From Paraphysomonas bandaiensis (Eukaryota > Protista > Chrysophyceae): 64,000 bases of DNA. The translations under genes and the position numbers were made by a program. Shown piece after piece: positions 52,610 through 64,000 of this stretch (its first letter is position 1; each line of letters opens with the position of its first letter). The notes below the pieces were generated by a model that saw only the letters and a program-made list of their open reading frames with translations, searched no databases and had not been told where the DNA came from. Location: positions 1 through 64,000 of the forward strand of contig CBFFRP010000276.1 in the NCBI GenBank assembly GCA_965644295.1, read 5' to 3'.

Positions 52610-54557
52610 TTTACATTACCAGAATAAATTTTTAGCTCTATAGTAGTAGCAACCACTGATCTTGAAACTTTTGTATCTTGAATCGTCACGATTGTTGAGC
52701 TGCACAGATATATTATACATAGCTATAATATTCTATGAAATCATCTATTACCGCATTAAATTTTTAAGAAATGCAATATTAAAGGAACATATACTTATTC
52801 CAACACTCGCACTCAATGTAGAAAGGAGTGCTAGTCATAGTACTGTAGCTGAATATTGATGTGAGTTCGTCATTAAGATATTCTGTACACCCCAAACTCA
52901 GTGTATCACAGTTTTGTGGGATGAATACCAACTAAAGCACACGTCAACCTCGTTTTGAGAACTGCTTTTGAAACATTCCTCTGCTCTTCTGTAATCGTTA
53001 CTTCATGGCGTATGCTTAGTCTGTATTCTTTAGCCTATAGGACTAAATCCAGTCTAAGGTCTAAGCATACGTGGAGGAGATCGTCGGCCGTATGCAAAAT
53101 CTTCGCTGAGCTCTTCATCCCGTGGTAAGTGTCAGGGCCTGGTTAAATTACATGTAGACGTCGTTATCAGATTCTAGATCTGCATACAAGAAAGTATAGA
53201 ACTCATGTTAAGTTGGTGAAACGTAATGTGTATCATCACGTAGCAATATTACTATAAAATAAGTTACACTACCATTGCAAATATAGATTGCGCCTCTTGT
53301 TTCTTTTCCTGAAGATTTCCTAGTAGGATGATCTTCTGCCTGCATATGATCCTCCATCTGTTGCCGTGTCGTCTCCGAGCATTGAAGTCGAGCATTGGTA
53401 CTAATACTACTGTAAGTAGTAGTGCTGTTATAGCATGTAGTAGTGGTGATATGCCAGCTCTATGCGTATGCAATGTATCCCAAATCAGGCTATTCGGTTG
53501 TGGCGTTTTCAATATGATATTACAAAACAAAAGTAGCAGGGGCAACTTGTAACGCAAGATATATATACTTCTAAAACAACTATTATTGCGACTTTTTCTT
53601 TATCTTTAACTTCTCAGATACAACTTACAGTAATATAATAATTTAATACTTAGATATGAAACCTGGTGAAATCGCTTTACCAGGTTTTGGTACTACCTCG
53701 ACTTTATGACCACTAATTTATCCTTCCTCCAGAATTCCTACTGAGGCTCACTGATATCCTTAGTCATACATATGGTTTACAGTTTACATCGGCGTCCATT
53801 ACTTGTACCACCTTTACTACAGTCTCCTTCTTAAGAAGTTAATACCGCAATAGTCAAATAGTCAATGCATACTATCTCCTCTATGCTCCGAAATAACTCT
53901 AAACAATATTAGACAACAAACTCTACAGGTACTTTGTGGCAACTTTGTTCACTATCTTCTCAATGTTCTACAGTTAGAGAATAGTTACCTGAGCGCGCAA
54001 TATCTAGATATGCATAGCAACATAGCAACGTACTCATATACCCACAAACTCAAAAAAAATCATTGAAAATATGCATATTTCATCTAGAAAACTTTGACTC
54101 CATGCCATATCCACAAATATCTAGTGTAGAAAGCCTTCGTGATAAAAGACACCTACGTATAGTTTGATTCACATTCAACACACAACTCACTTCAATTGCA
54201 CAGCATATGTATATATTACTATATTACAGGGCTATTGAAATGCAAAAGCCAACTACACCATGGAATATGTAGAGGGAAAAACTGGGAATGTATGACTGGG
54301 AGACTGTTTCTGTAACTGTGCGTGTGAAAAGTAGAGTGCATATTGAATTTAGAAACAATTTTGTAAGAGTATTAATTACAGATAAGTATATCGACGCATC
54401 ATATATTGATGTATCATTTTTATCACAAGAAGTTGTATCATCATAATATATATTCGCAATATTACCATTGCATGCCACCAAATTGTCAATCGCCTTTCAT
54501 AGCTGACAAGCATATCCATAACAAGATTATTCAACAGAGAGAACAAAATAATGTGTC

Positions 54558-57500
54558 CTAGTAGACACTGGATACCCCTGCAAAGCGATGGCGAATGCTG
54601 AGATAACGCGCCCAATTTAAATCTTCTTTCACTGTGCGCGGGTTGGATGTACTATACACCGCATCCAACGCATTCATATTCGCGGCATACGGAATTTCAA
54701 GAAGGTCAGCGGTTTTCTTTTCTTCAGCAGCAATTGTCGACTGACGTACACTCTCTACAACCGTATTAACCTCATAAACTAAAATAAAGAGAGGAACTAT
54801 TATCCGTAAGAGGTTGTAGAGAATAAGTACCAAAGTGAATAATGTTGGATTCTGCACTGAAATATTCTCAAATCGATTCTGCATCTCTATTGCAAAGTAA
54901 AGCACTTGTGAGTATATTTCAAGACTGTTAACAATTATGCCTACGACTTGCCGAAATGATCGGCGACTGACAATTGACCAGGCGTAGACAAGTAACAGAG
55001 GTCCAACAACCACCGCCATAATGCTATTAATTGAAATCAGGAAGTCATCTGCCGTCACATATCGACTATCATATTTCCCCATTTGTTTCCAAATCGCGAG
55101 CATCCAGGATCGCGATGTGCCGCCGTCACCAGCGCGGTACGCGAACATGGCATATGTACCATTCAAGTATATATGTATCAAGCCAACCAACACACTCCAA
55201 CATATGATTAACTTCTCTCGAAGCGACAGCGTCGAGCGATTGGATTGGAGATCCTCAAACTCCACCTCGTCAACGTCTGCCATTTCCTCGTCGTATCCCC
55301 AGGAATCCATCTTATTCAACTCCTCAAACGACGCGCCTGACAATGCCAACACTCTCTTACGATGAAGCATTTTTGACTTCATTGCACAATGTTCGTTCCG
55401 TCTCACAAGAAGAGAATACAGTCCGCCTGCACAGCTCATACACACTAGTTGAAAGAAACCACCACTGAAAGCAAGTGCAGCACTAACAACAAGCTCAATT
55501 TGTACCAAAGTCTCTATTTCCTCAGGAGAATAGTCACCGTGATCGATATGCAAGTCTGCATAACTACTGCGCACCTCTCTGGGAACATACGTGAGCAGCA
55601 CCGAATTCACGATAGCCGTGGACACAACAACAAACAGGGCCACGGGGATGACGAAATACCGATACAGTCGAACAATTGCAGAATCCTTGGTGAATGACGA
55701 CCATATTCCGACACCACTTCCTAACAGCACAGTAACACCGCTATAAAGCAGTGCATATACTGCGAACACAAAGAAGTCAAATCGAATCTTAAGAAGAAAA
55801 TTTAAGGCACTGGCACCATAACCAATCATAGAGAAGGCAATAAGTATCGATACGACTTGAGCGATTCTGACAACAACACGATACTGATTCATTTGTTCGT
55901 TCATACGCCTATCGATAGCAAACCGGCTCAACTTCGTCTTCGCCTCCACTTCAAACTCACGTCGGAGAAGTTCCGTCAGACAGGTTGACAACATCAGGGG
56001 AATTAAAGAGCATATAGACAGGACAGCACTCGCGGCCCCAAGGATTATATTATATCTTTGTAGAACAGCCTTAACGTCTCCTTCACTGCTAGCACCAGAC
56101 ACTCCTTCAAAGGCCTAAAACCCAAAATATGACAACGAAAAAATAAATATTTACCCACTACCTTGTTGCTTATTCCTGTTACCCTGGGGTCATTGGTAGA
56201 GAAGATGGAACACACCACGCCAATGATGAGAAAGACAATGAAAAAGCACGATAAACAGCTATTGTACATCGCCAACAAGGGACGGTTGCTTGTGTGACTA
56301 CCAACAAATCCCGCAAAGTTAAGTAGCGCCAAAAGAGAAGACATGCATAACACCACTACGCCAGACCACATCTGCATACGAACCAGTGTGGTGGAAGTCC
56401 AGTACATAGTGGATAATGCGTAGCCAGCCATACCAACACACCCTAAACATAGAAGCATATATATCCCCACCGCATAACCAAGCCATCGCCTTAGTTTATC
56501 TTTCGATCGACGGAGTAGGAATTTTGGCAGGAGGAGTTGATAACCACGACTGATAGCCGAGCCAAAAGAAGTCACCAATCTCCTGGGAATCGACTCGGCT
56601 AACTGAATCATACGCTGTACAGAAGATATTGATGAGGTAGAATCATAGCTAGATGTGGTGGGCGAATGACTAACGCGGACAGCAGAGCTTGTTCCCGCCT
56701 CCACATCCCGGACAACACTGTGAAAAAAATCAAGCTCACGCTCCCACCCTGTGTACTCGCCAACAGTATCCGTCTCCATGGCATCTCCGAAGGCGCTCGT
56801 GCAGACAGTTGAAGAATCGGCCGACTGAAATGACATCATCTTGCTAAAATTTCTTGGAGAGATGGGAACGACACGCACAGACTCAGGAGGGGAGTTTGTT
56901 TTGTCATCAGAGCTACTATCATTCCCAGAGCTGAGGATAGGATATCCCTTCCCGTTCGGTCCACATGGAAGATCACCGAGTATAGATGCATATGGGTGAA
57001 AATCACTGTTTAATGCCGGGAGTTCACCACTATACGTGCTCGGCATATTCGGACGACCAATGTAATCATCCAGGGCAGTGATCCACTCCTCCTCCTTCGG
57101 TCCGAATATTTTTATTTTGCCTGCCACCACCGGATCCAGCCAAGGCTTGACACCTCTCCAGACGAGAGGAAAAACGGCGGGGGTGTTGATGATGAACGTC
57201 TGCCCCAGTGTTTCAGGATACTGATTCTGTGAGTAACCACGCATTAACAACAGTTCTGCATATCCACTATACAAACTACATATGTACTATAAATACTCAA
57301 TTTCACTCATTTCTTCAGCATATATCTAAAACTCGTACCTGATCGATGTCAGCAATCGCTTTAATAATGCCCAGAAAGTCCCTTGTCACTTGGTACAACT
57401 GCATGCCTTTCACATCGATGACAGCAGTAACAGTTTCCACGATATAGCCCGTTTTCTTAGACGACTCGTAGCACAGCTTCATGCATGCTTCCTGTTCCCA

Positions 57501-59299
57501 GATATGATATCTCGTCACTGCTTCCAGAGAGCTCATTCCCAGTATCTTGGAAGCATCCATGGAGTTGTTGTATTGCTTATAAAGCACTGGGCGTCCATGC
57601 TTGTCGACCCCGCTCTGCCAATGAGGAAACACTTCTACGAGATCGCCTATTTCGCATCCCAGAATTTCGTCCGGGACTTGCGCGCATAGCCCTTTCACAT
57701 CCATATCCTCGCGCCATTGTAGATTTCGCAAGATATGTGCTTTGGTCTTGCTTACAACCCACTTGTTAGCACGGAGATAACGTAAGAGAATAAGGTGAGG
57801 ATGTAGTGAGTGCAACGCAAGGTCTGTGGTATCGATGCCTTCATCAAGTACCCACTGCTCCAAGGACTCCAGGTCTCGAGACTGGGGTTCCGTAAGGGAG
57901 CCATAATATCCCTCCTATGAATAATTAAATCAGTAATCAACAATAAACACATTATGCAGCAACATATACCCTCTGGTAGTACGGAGAGTCCGGGTGATAC
58001 TGGAGTGGCAGTTCGTCACAAGGGGGTTTACTTGACTCATCGCTAGTTATCGACACGATCTCTTCAGCATCATCACACGGTACGACACCACCGCAAACTG
58101 AGTGTGGGAGAACTTGGGAGCCAAGGGTGTATAACCGTGTGTTGTATTGTGTCTCCTCCAATCGCATGCGGCGAGTAATCGAACCAATACGACCATATTG
58201 TTGTGAAGCTTCCAGGTTGTCGTTGTTAGCTGATATATACAAATATTTAAATTTAATTTGAATAATTAATACTACTGATTCCGTGTAAAAATTAATGCAC
58301 AATACACATCAGCAGGTGAGGTGACATCAATATTAACAAATACCTGTATCCTCCTCTCTAGGAGCAGTACGTACGATGGCTTCATAGGGGTGTCCAGTAG
58401 GGTCTAGAGCAGGCATCTGGCCATGATACGTACTCGAAACATTTTCCAGTCCGATAAGATTACTAAACGCAGGAAGCCAGTCGTCTTTTCCTCCAAGAAG
58501 GTGAATTTTACCAGCAACTGTAGGGTCTAACCACGGTTTCACCATACGCCACACCACAGGGAAGACGGAAGAAGTATTAATTACAAAGGTTTGGCCCATC
58601 GTTTCCGGGTATTGTGCCTGCATTTTATCTACGTGAACAGCAATAGGACAAGAAATATTTTTAACAAAATACCTGGTCAATTTCAGCCACTAGTTTTATG
58701 ATAGCCAACAAATCACGACTCAACTGGGACAATTGAAGACCTCCCACATCCACAACGCCTGTCACTGTTTCAACAATATACCCCGTTCGTTTCGAGTGCT
58801 CATAGCACAACCGCATGCATGCCTCCTGCTCCCATACATGATACTTCGCAATTGCGTCCCAAGAACACATATTTTTAATCTTCGTAGCATCAAATTTTGC
58901 ACCATACTGCTTGTATACAATTGGTCGCCCAAACATATCGAATCCACTTTGCCAATGAGGAAACAGTTCCATTAAGTCTTGTAGATCACATCCCAGTATA
59001 TCTTCAGGTCGCATATTACATATCTCTTTAACACCCATTTCTGAACGCCATTCAAGATTCCGAAGAATATGTTCAATAGTTTTATTAACATTAAATTTAT
59101 TAGCACGTAAATATCTTAATAATACTAATTTAGGATTTAATGCATTCAGACTTAAGTCTGATATATCGATTGATTCATCAATGATCCATTTTTGTAATGT
59201 TTCTAAATCAATTGATTGACTGGATGTTAAATGACCTAAATAACCATCTTTACCATAATATGGTGATTTTGGATGATAAGATAATGTATGATCTGCCAT
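54558..59299 (-). CDS. Multidomain protein: 2x Sec14/CRAL-TRIO + 2x four-TM tetraspanin-like blocks + EBP/EXPERA-like domain, ~1452 aa
   Basis: Two LLRYLRANK...QYPET.G..F.IN...FP.VW..VKPWLDP..AGKI domains; EBP-like WKQMGKYDSRY...GP...VLYFAIE. Introns 58618-58672, 58230-58343, 57915-57969, 57227-57338 and 56115-56161 give one 4359-nt frame. Confidence 0.85.
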
Positions 59300-60016
59300 G
59301 TATGAACTGTTTATAGTAATGTATTAGATATACATATATATATATGATATTCTCTTGATTGTGGATGTAATTTATACGTTCAATGAATTCCTTATATTAG
59401 AAATCATGTTTACAATAATATCAATGAATGTTTTACACCTTAATAGTAACTTCTAGTGGGATATGTATCTACTTAGTGATGTATATATAAGAATGTGTGT
59501 ATATATGAGAATGTATGTATATATATAGAGAGCATCGTATTGAATGGTATGAAAGTTAGAAGAAGGGAGTATATACACTCTGATGCTCGTATGTGTTTAC
59601 CCTGACACCATATGGACACCCGTTTTTACACTTCATTATGACGAATCTTCAATAGACACCCCTTTTCTTGACAATTTTTACTGAAATATATATGAGTGTA
59701 TATTTTTTCCAGTTTTTCATTTTGGTACATATGAAATTTACGTAGATATTGAAAGCTTTTTGCAAGTATTGTATACAAAGAGCAAAAAACAATTTTTTAT
59801 GTTAAGAAACTCGAGTTTCTAGAAAGAAAATCTCTCAATCTCCATGATATTCCTGTGTAGATAGGGATAAAAACAGCAGTATAGTACACAAAACCCAGCC
59901 AACTATATGGGCATATATATGTACACCACTGCTCATAATTATTAAGGAGATACTAAGCAATTCTCCATATCAAAACTGACATCAATTCGTGTATTCATTG
60001 TCTTGTGTGAAACTTA

Positions 60017-61542
60017 ATGGCAGAGGTAATGTAATCTATAGCATATTGACCACTAATTGATGCATATATATCCAGAAATACACACGCTGGGCAGATAAAT
60101 CCAACGGCGTAAGTTACACTATCAAACACACACTCATATATACATATATATATAACTTCTATTCTTATACATTATCTATTAGATAAACCCTTTTGTATCT
60201 GATGAAGCAAGGGCTTATAAAAGTTTCACTGGAAGGGTAATATCTACAATTGTCACTGTTTTGGTTGGGATTCCTAAATTGATAATTGTTACCATTCTTT
60301 TCATGCTCTCCGCATGCGTGAATATCATTTTTCATGAAGTTGGACTTCTACTTGCTGCTATTGGTGTTGGCTCGATGTGTCATTATAGTAATCAGTCCCC
60401 TTTACCTGCGATTATTGTTGGCTGTATATCAGCTGCAATGGTGATGTATGTTATACATTTATATTATATCTAACGTTTGTATGCTGTCCAGCTTCTTCCA
60501 CTACCATTCACTTCTCCTATTACTTTGATTAGACGTTCAATATCTCGCGTCATTACTTATGTATGCTTGTTTTTGATTGGTGTTGATTATCGCGTATCTA
60601 TGGCTAACACCTCCCGAGTTGTGGGAGTGCGGTCAGATAGCAAAAGCGCCCCTCCACCCCTTTCTCATATAATGCCAGGCGATCTTGTTATCAGTAATAT
60701 CACTAGCGTTCTTGAGGTATGTTAATTTTGTTACTTATAAAGTACTATGTACTTGTACATATTCTGGAGAATCGAGAAGCTAATGTAATTCCCATCTGTT
60801 TTGCAGATATTATTTTACGAGTCCATTTGCAGCCCGCTATATGTTTTTCCAGTCCGATTGACTCCCTCCAGTTCTCATGAGCCCTCTCTTTATCACTGCC
60901 CTGCTGTTGGTTTTTTTTCGGCCTTGCGCATATCAATGTCTCCTTCAATATCTCAGTCACAAACATCTGACGTGAAACGCCAAACCCTAACTGCAGTATT
61001 GCAACAAGCCAAGTCCGCTGGGCGGTGTGTGATCATTTTTCCAGAAGGAGTTAGATCCAATGGATCTGGTGTGCTCAAGTTTCCTGAGGAGGTGAGGCGT
61101 AAGGGGTATACTGTTATGTTGGCGTGGTAACATACTTCATACGCAGATATTTTGTGACATTTCCACTGTTAACACTTCGATTCATCTTGCCGGTTTTACA
61201 TACCCTTCTGCCTCCACACAGCCCTGCTGTCCCGTTGGTTCCCAAGTGCTTCGAATAATTTCCACATGTGGGGCGTTGAGCCTCCCCTGCGCTGGTCGTC
61301 TTCTTGTGTTGCCTTCAAAATACCTTTCTGAAATCCACCAGAAACTCTCAACTCGAAATAAATCTTCTGCTGTTCGCAACTGGACCAATGAAGTTCGAAA
61401 CATTTTTGCTAAATTAATCAACAAGAAAACTGTGGAGCTAGGAGTTGATGACTTTGAGTCATTCCGTAGTTACTCTGATGCTATGAAAAGCGGAGATATG
61501 GAGTTAGCACGAAAAATTGCGGACAGTCGTATAAAAAAGTAA
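60017..61542 (+). CDS. Lysophospholipid acyltransferase, Loa1/Vps66-like
   Basis: MAE|KYTRWADKSNG|INPF start typical of Loa1-like proteins; GDLVISNITSVLE (motif I variant), IIFPEGVRSNG (motif III); multi-exon. Confidence 0.8.
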
Positions 61543-62223
61543 ATTAAATTGATTATAATAAAGACTGAGTCATAGAACAATAGAAGTAACGGAAATATTA
61601 TATTCGGGCATTGTATTCTGCAGGAAGTTGTTTAGGCATGTATATTATATATTATACCACAATGGCTTCGTTAATTCTTTAAACTGTCGGGAGATAGTAC
61701 AAATGTCTTGCGTAGTTAGCTGCTGAATGAAATATGCCGGATGCTTTAAAGCAGATATATAACATTTCAGATTTGAGTTTTAAAATATATAATGAACTTT
61801 TACTACTTTTAAAGTTATCGTAATTTGTATGTAAATCATTGTTATTTTGCTTATGTATTATTGGTATGTCTGTGAAGTAGCTGACGTAGCTAGTATTGAC
61901 CACTATGAGCGCAGTGTAGTAAAAGCAATGACGACTAAGATAGAGGGGAAAAAAACATCACATTACGAAGAAATGTATGTGTATACATTGTTCAACTTCC
62001 ACCAATGCTGTTCTCACGAATTATTCGCTCGAGTTTATTACCAGTTGTACATACTATAATCAGATATAGCCTGTAAAGGTTAACTGAAAATGAAAAAATG
62101 GCTATACAAAGTAACTATATCAGGTGTATTTGACTTCACTTCACGAAGTGTAGTAACACAGTTTTAAAACATCCAGACATATCAAACAGCAAAAACTATC
62201 CACAGGGAATTTTTATTTCATAC

Positions 62224-63917
62224 TTAGCTAACGCTATGTCTCCTAGGCCTTTGTGATCGAGAAGGTGTGTTCGTTCCATCCATTCTGCCTAACACAGGAT
62301 GTACTGAATTCTTATCCAGCTCTATTACTGGAAGTACACGTCGTTTGTTACCACCAGTATGAGTGCTACTTGGAGTAAACGAATCGTGAGTTGACTCCTT
62401 TGACGGCATTTTCGTGGGTTTTTGGGTTCTTGGGGATGCGGAATTCCTCCTGCTGCGTGGTGTCTTATGTCGCTTAGAATCTTCTGAATCCACCTCCAAC
62501 TCGGCTGTCGTGTCTATAGGTAGCGGAGATATAATTTTAGTGACTGCCTTAGCAGCTTTTTTCTTGGAAATATGGTTTAAGGTTTTCTTTCGAGAATTTT
62601 CTTCAGGCAACTCGAGCATAGCTTGCGCACCTACAGAGTATCATCACTTCATCAATGTATGCGGAATGTGTACTCACAAGATGATTTAGGTCGGTACTTA
62701 TCCGGCTGAGAGCATTGTTGAATGAAATTGTCAATAACATTTTTCCTGTTAACATTTTAGTGATATGCAAGAATATCAACAGTTAAGGTTTAGTGCCTGG
62801 ATTCTAAAACTGGAAGCACTCCCGTCTTTTTAAGTTGTTTATCGTCATATGAATTTCGTCGTTCCTTAGCGCGAGGCACTGTCTTCCGCTGCATCTTTTG
62901 TCCACGCTGTCCTCGTAAATCGGTTATATTCATTAATTCCTTCACTTTCTCATCACTTTTTGCAACATTCAGTACTAACAAGGAATTAGTGTCTTGCATG
63001 TCGCTCGCAGAATGTGACAGGATATCTTCTTCAGCAGTAGTTCGCAGACCAATCAAATCCTTAATATGAACATATTCTTTCCCACCACTACGAGCAATTC
63101 GCTTCTGGCCATGGTTTTTCCAAAAGCGCTTGCCGAGAACTTTGTTTTGAAGTTTCCTCTGCATTTCAAATGCTGGGAAAAACAGAGCTGGGTGACTCTT
63201 TGAGAAGTCTCTGAACTCAGAAGGGCCAAAGGTTTGGCTCTCGGAATGTGAGATTTTATGATACAGTCTGCAAATACCATAAGGTATTAATATACAGTAT
63301 AACACATTGTACTAACTGCATGGCACGCTTATTGCTTTCAAAATTATCTCCATAGAGATCCCGCAGCATTCGTGCAACTTCAGAAATTTCCAATACGTTG
63401 CTACAATCATGATCGTACATGTCAAAGCTGAACAAGTCTATACATAAAGTTACCAATAAGGTGAAGTAGTATATATAGAGATCAATATTGGCTTACAAAG
63501 AGCTTCATCTCCTAGAGTTGCATAATTCCAAACACTAATTACAAATTCGCGAAAGTCCACCTGCCCACTCCCATCCTACATGAAAATATTTACCCAAAAT
63601 TAACAGTGAAAACAACAGCATACCACATCCATAATAGAAAATACTTGTCGTGAAAACGTTGTATTTTCAATGTCCATATACATTAGCATTTCTAATACAT
63701 CAATCTCTCCTGAGCCATCAACGTCAACATGACGGAAAATATTATACAGACGACGAATCTCAAATTCAGAAAGCATGAGTCGTTCAAAATCATCTCTCCA
63801 TGCATTCAACCGTAGATCATATTTATAAATATTTCTCAGTAGTAGCAGTGTGGTAGCTACTTTGTGTTTTAAGTTTGCCATATTTGCAACTTTAGCTTTA
63901 GTGCTTTCGGTAACCAT
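62224..63917 (-). CDS. EF-hand calcium-binding protein (calcineurin B/NCS-like N-terminus) with long basic disordered tail
   Basis: DVDGSGEIDVLE, D..DGSGQVDFRE and DHDCSNVLEISE EF-loops; several short introns. Confidence 0.78.
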
Positions 63918-64000
63918 AACACACAAATCTCTATATGTAAATACACTATAGACTTGTTAAGTTAGATACTATAAAGGAACTCCTTCACTCGTAATTCAAG

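Noticed and set aside
60675-60716. Loss of the catalytic His in the acyltransferase motif (NITSVLE)
   Set aside because: As I recall, Loa1/Vps66-type proteins normally deviate from HX4D, so it is not evidence of novelty.

Overview
Gene-dense, AT-rich eukaryotic DNA with short GT-AG introns (mostly 45-60 nt). It is probably from a stramenopile protist; this is an inference from gene content, not a determination. I can support 17 protein-coding genes, one tRNA-Gly(TCC), a ~530-bp (TACA)n microsatellite and several transposon relics. Highlights: (1) a dispersed family of ~0.5-kb non-autonomous retroelements whose 5' ends fold like an HDV-like self-cleaving ribozyme resembling the trypanosomatid L1Tc/ingi 5' signature; one copy has a perfect 15-bp target-site duplication, two form a head-to-head inverted pair, and fragments of the putative partner LINE lie in the same window; (2) a single ~1450-aa gene fusing two Sec14/CRAL-TRIO domains, two 4-TM tetraspanin-like blocks and an EBP sterol-isomerase-like domain lacking the catalytic Glu residues; (3) a cytosolic-type GAPDH with NDPF->NTRR and P188T changes suggesting NADP use; (4) a candidate gustatory-receptor-like 7TM ion channel; (5) a PHGDH-PSAT fusion with a mitochondrial-like leader. 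All splice models and family calls were made by eye and need confirmation.
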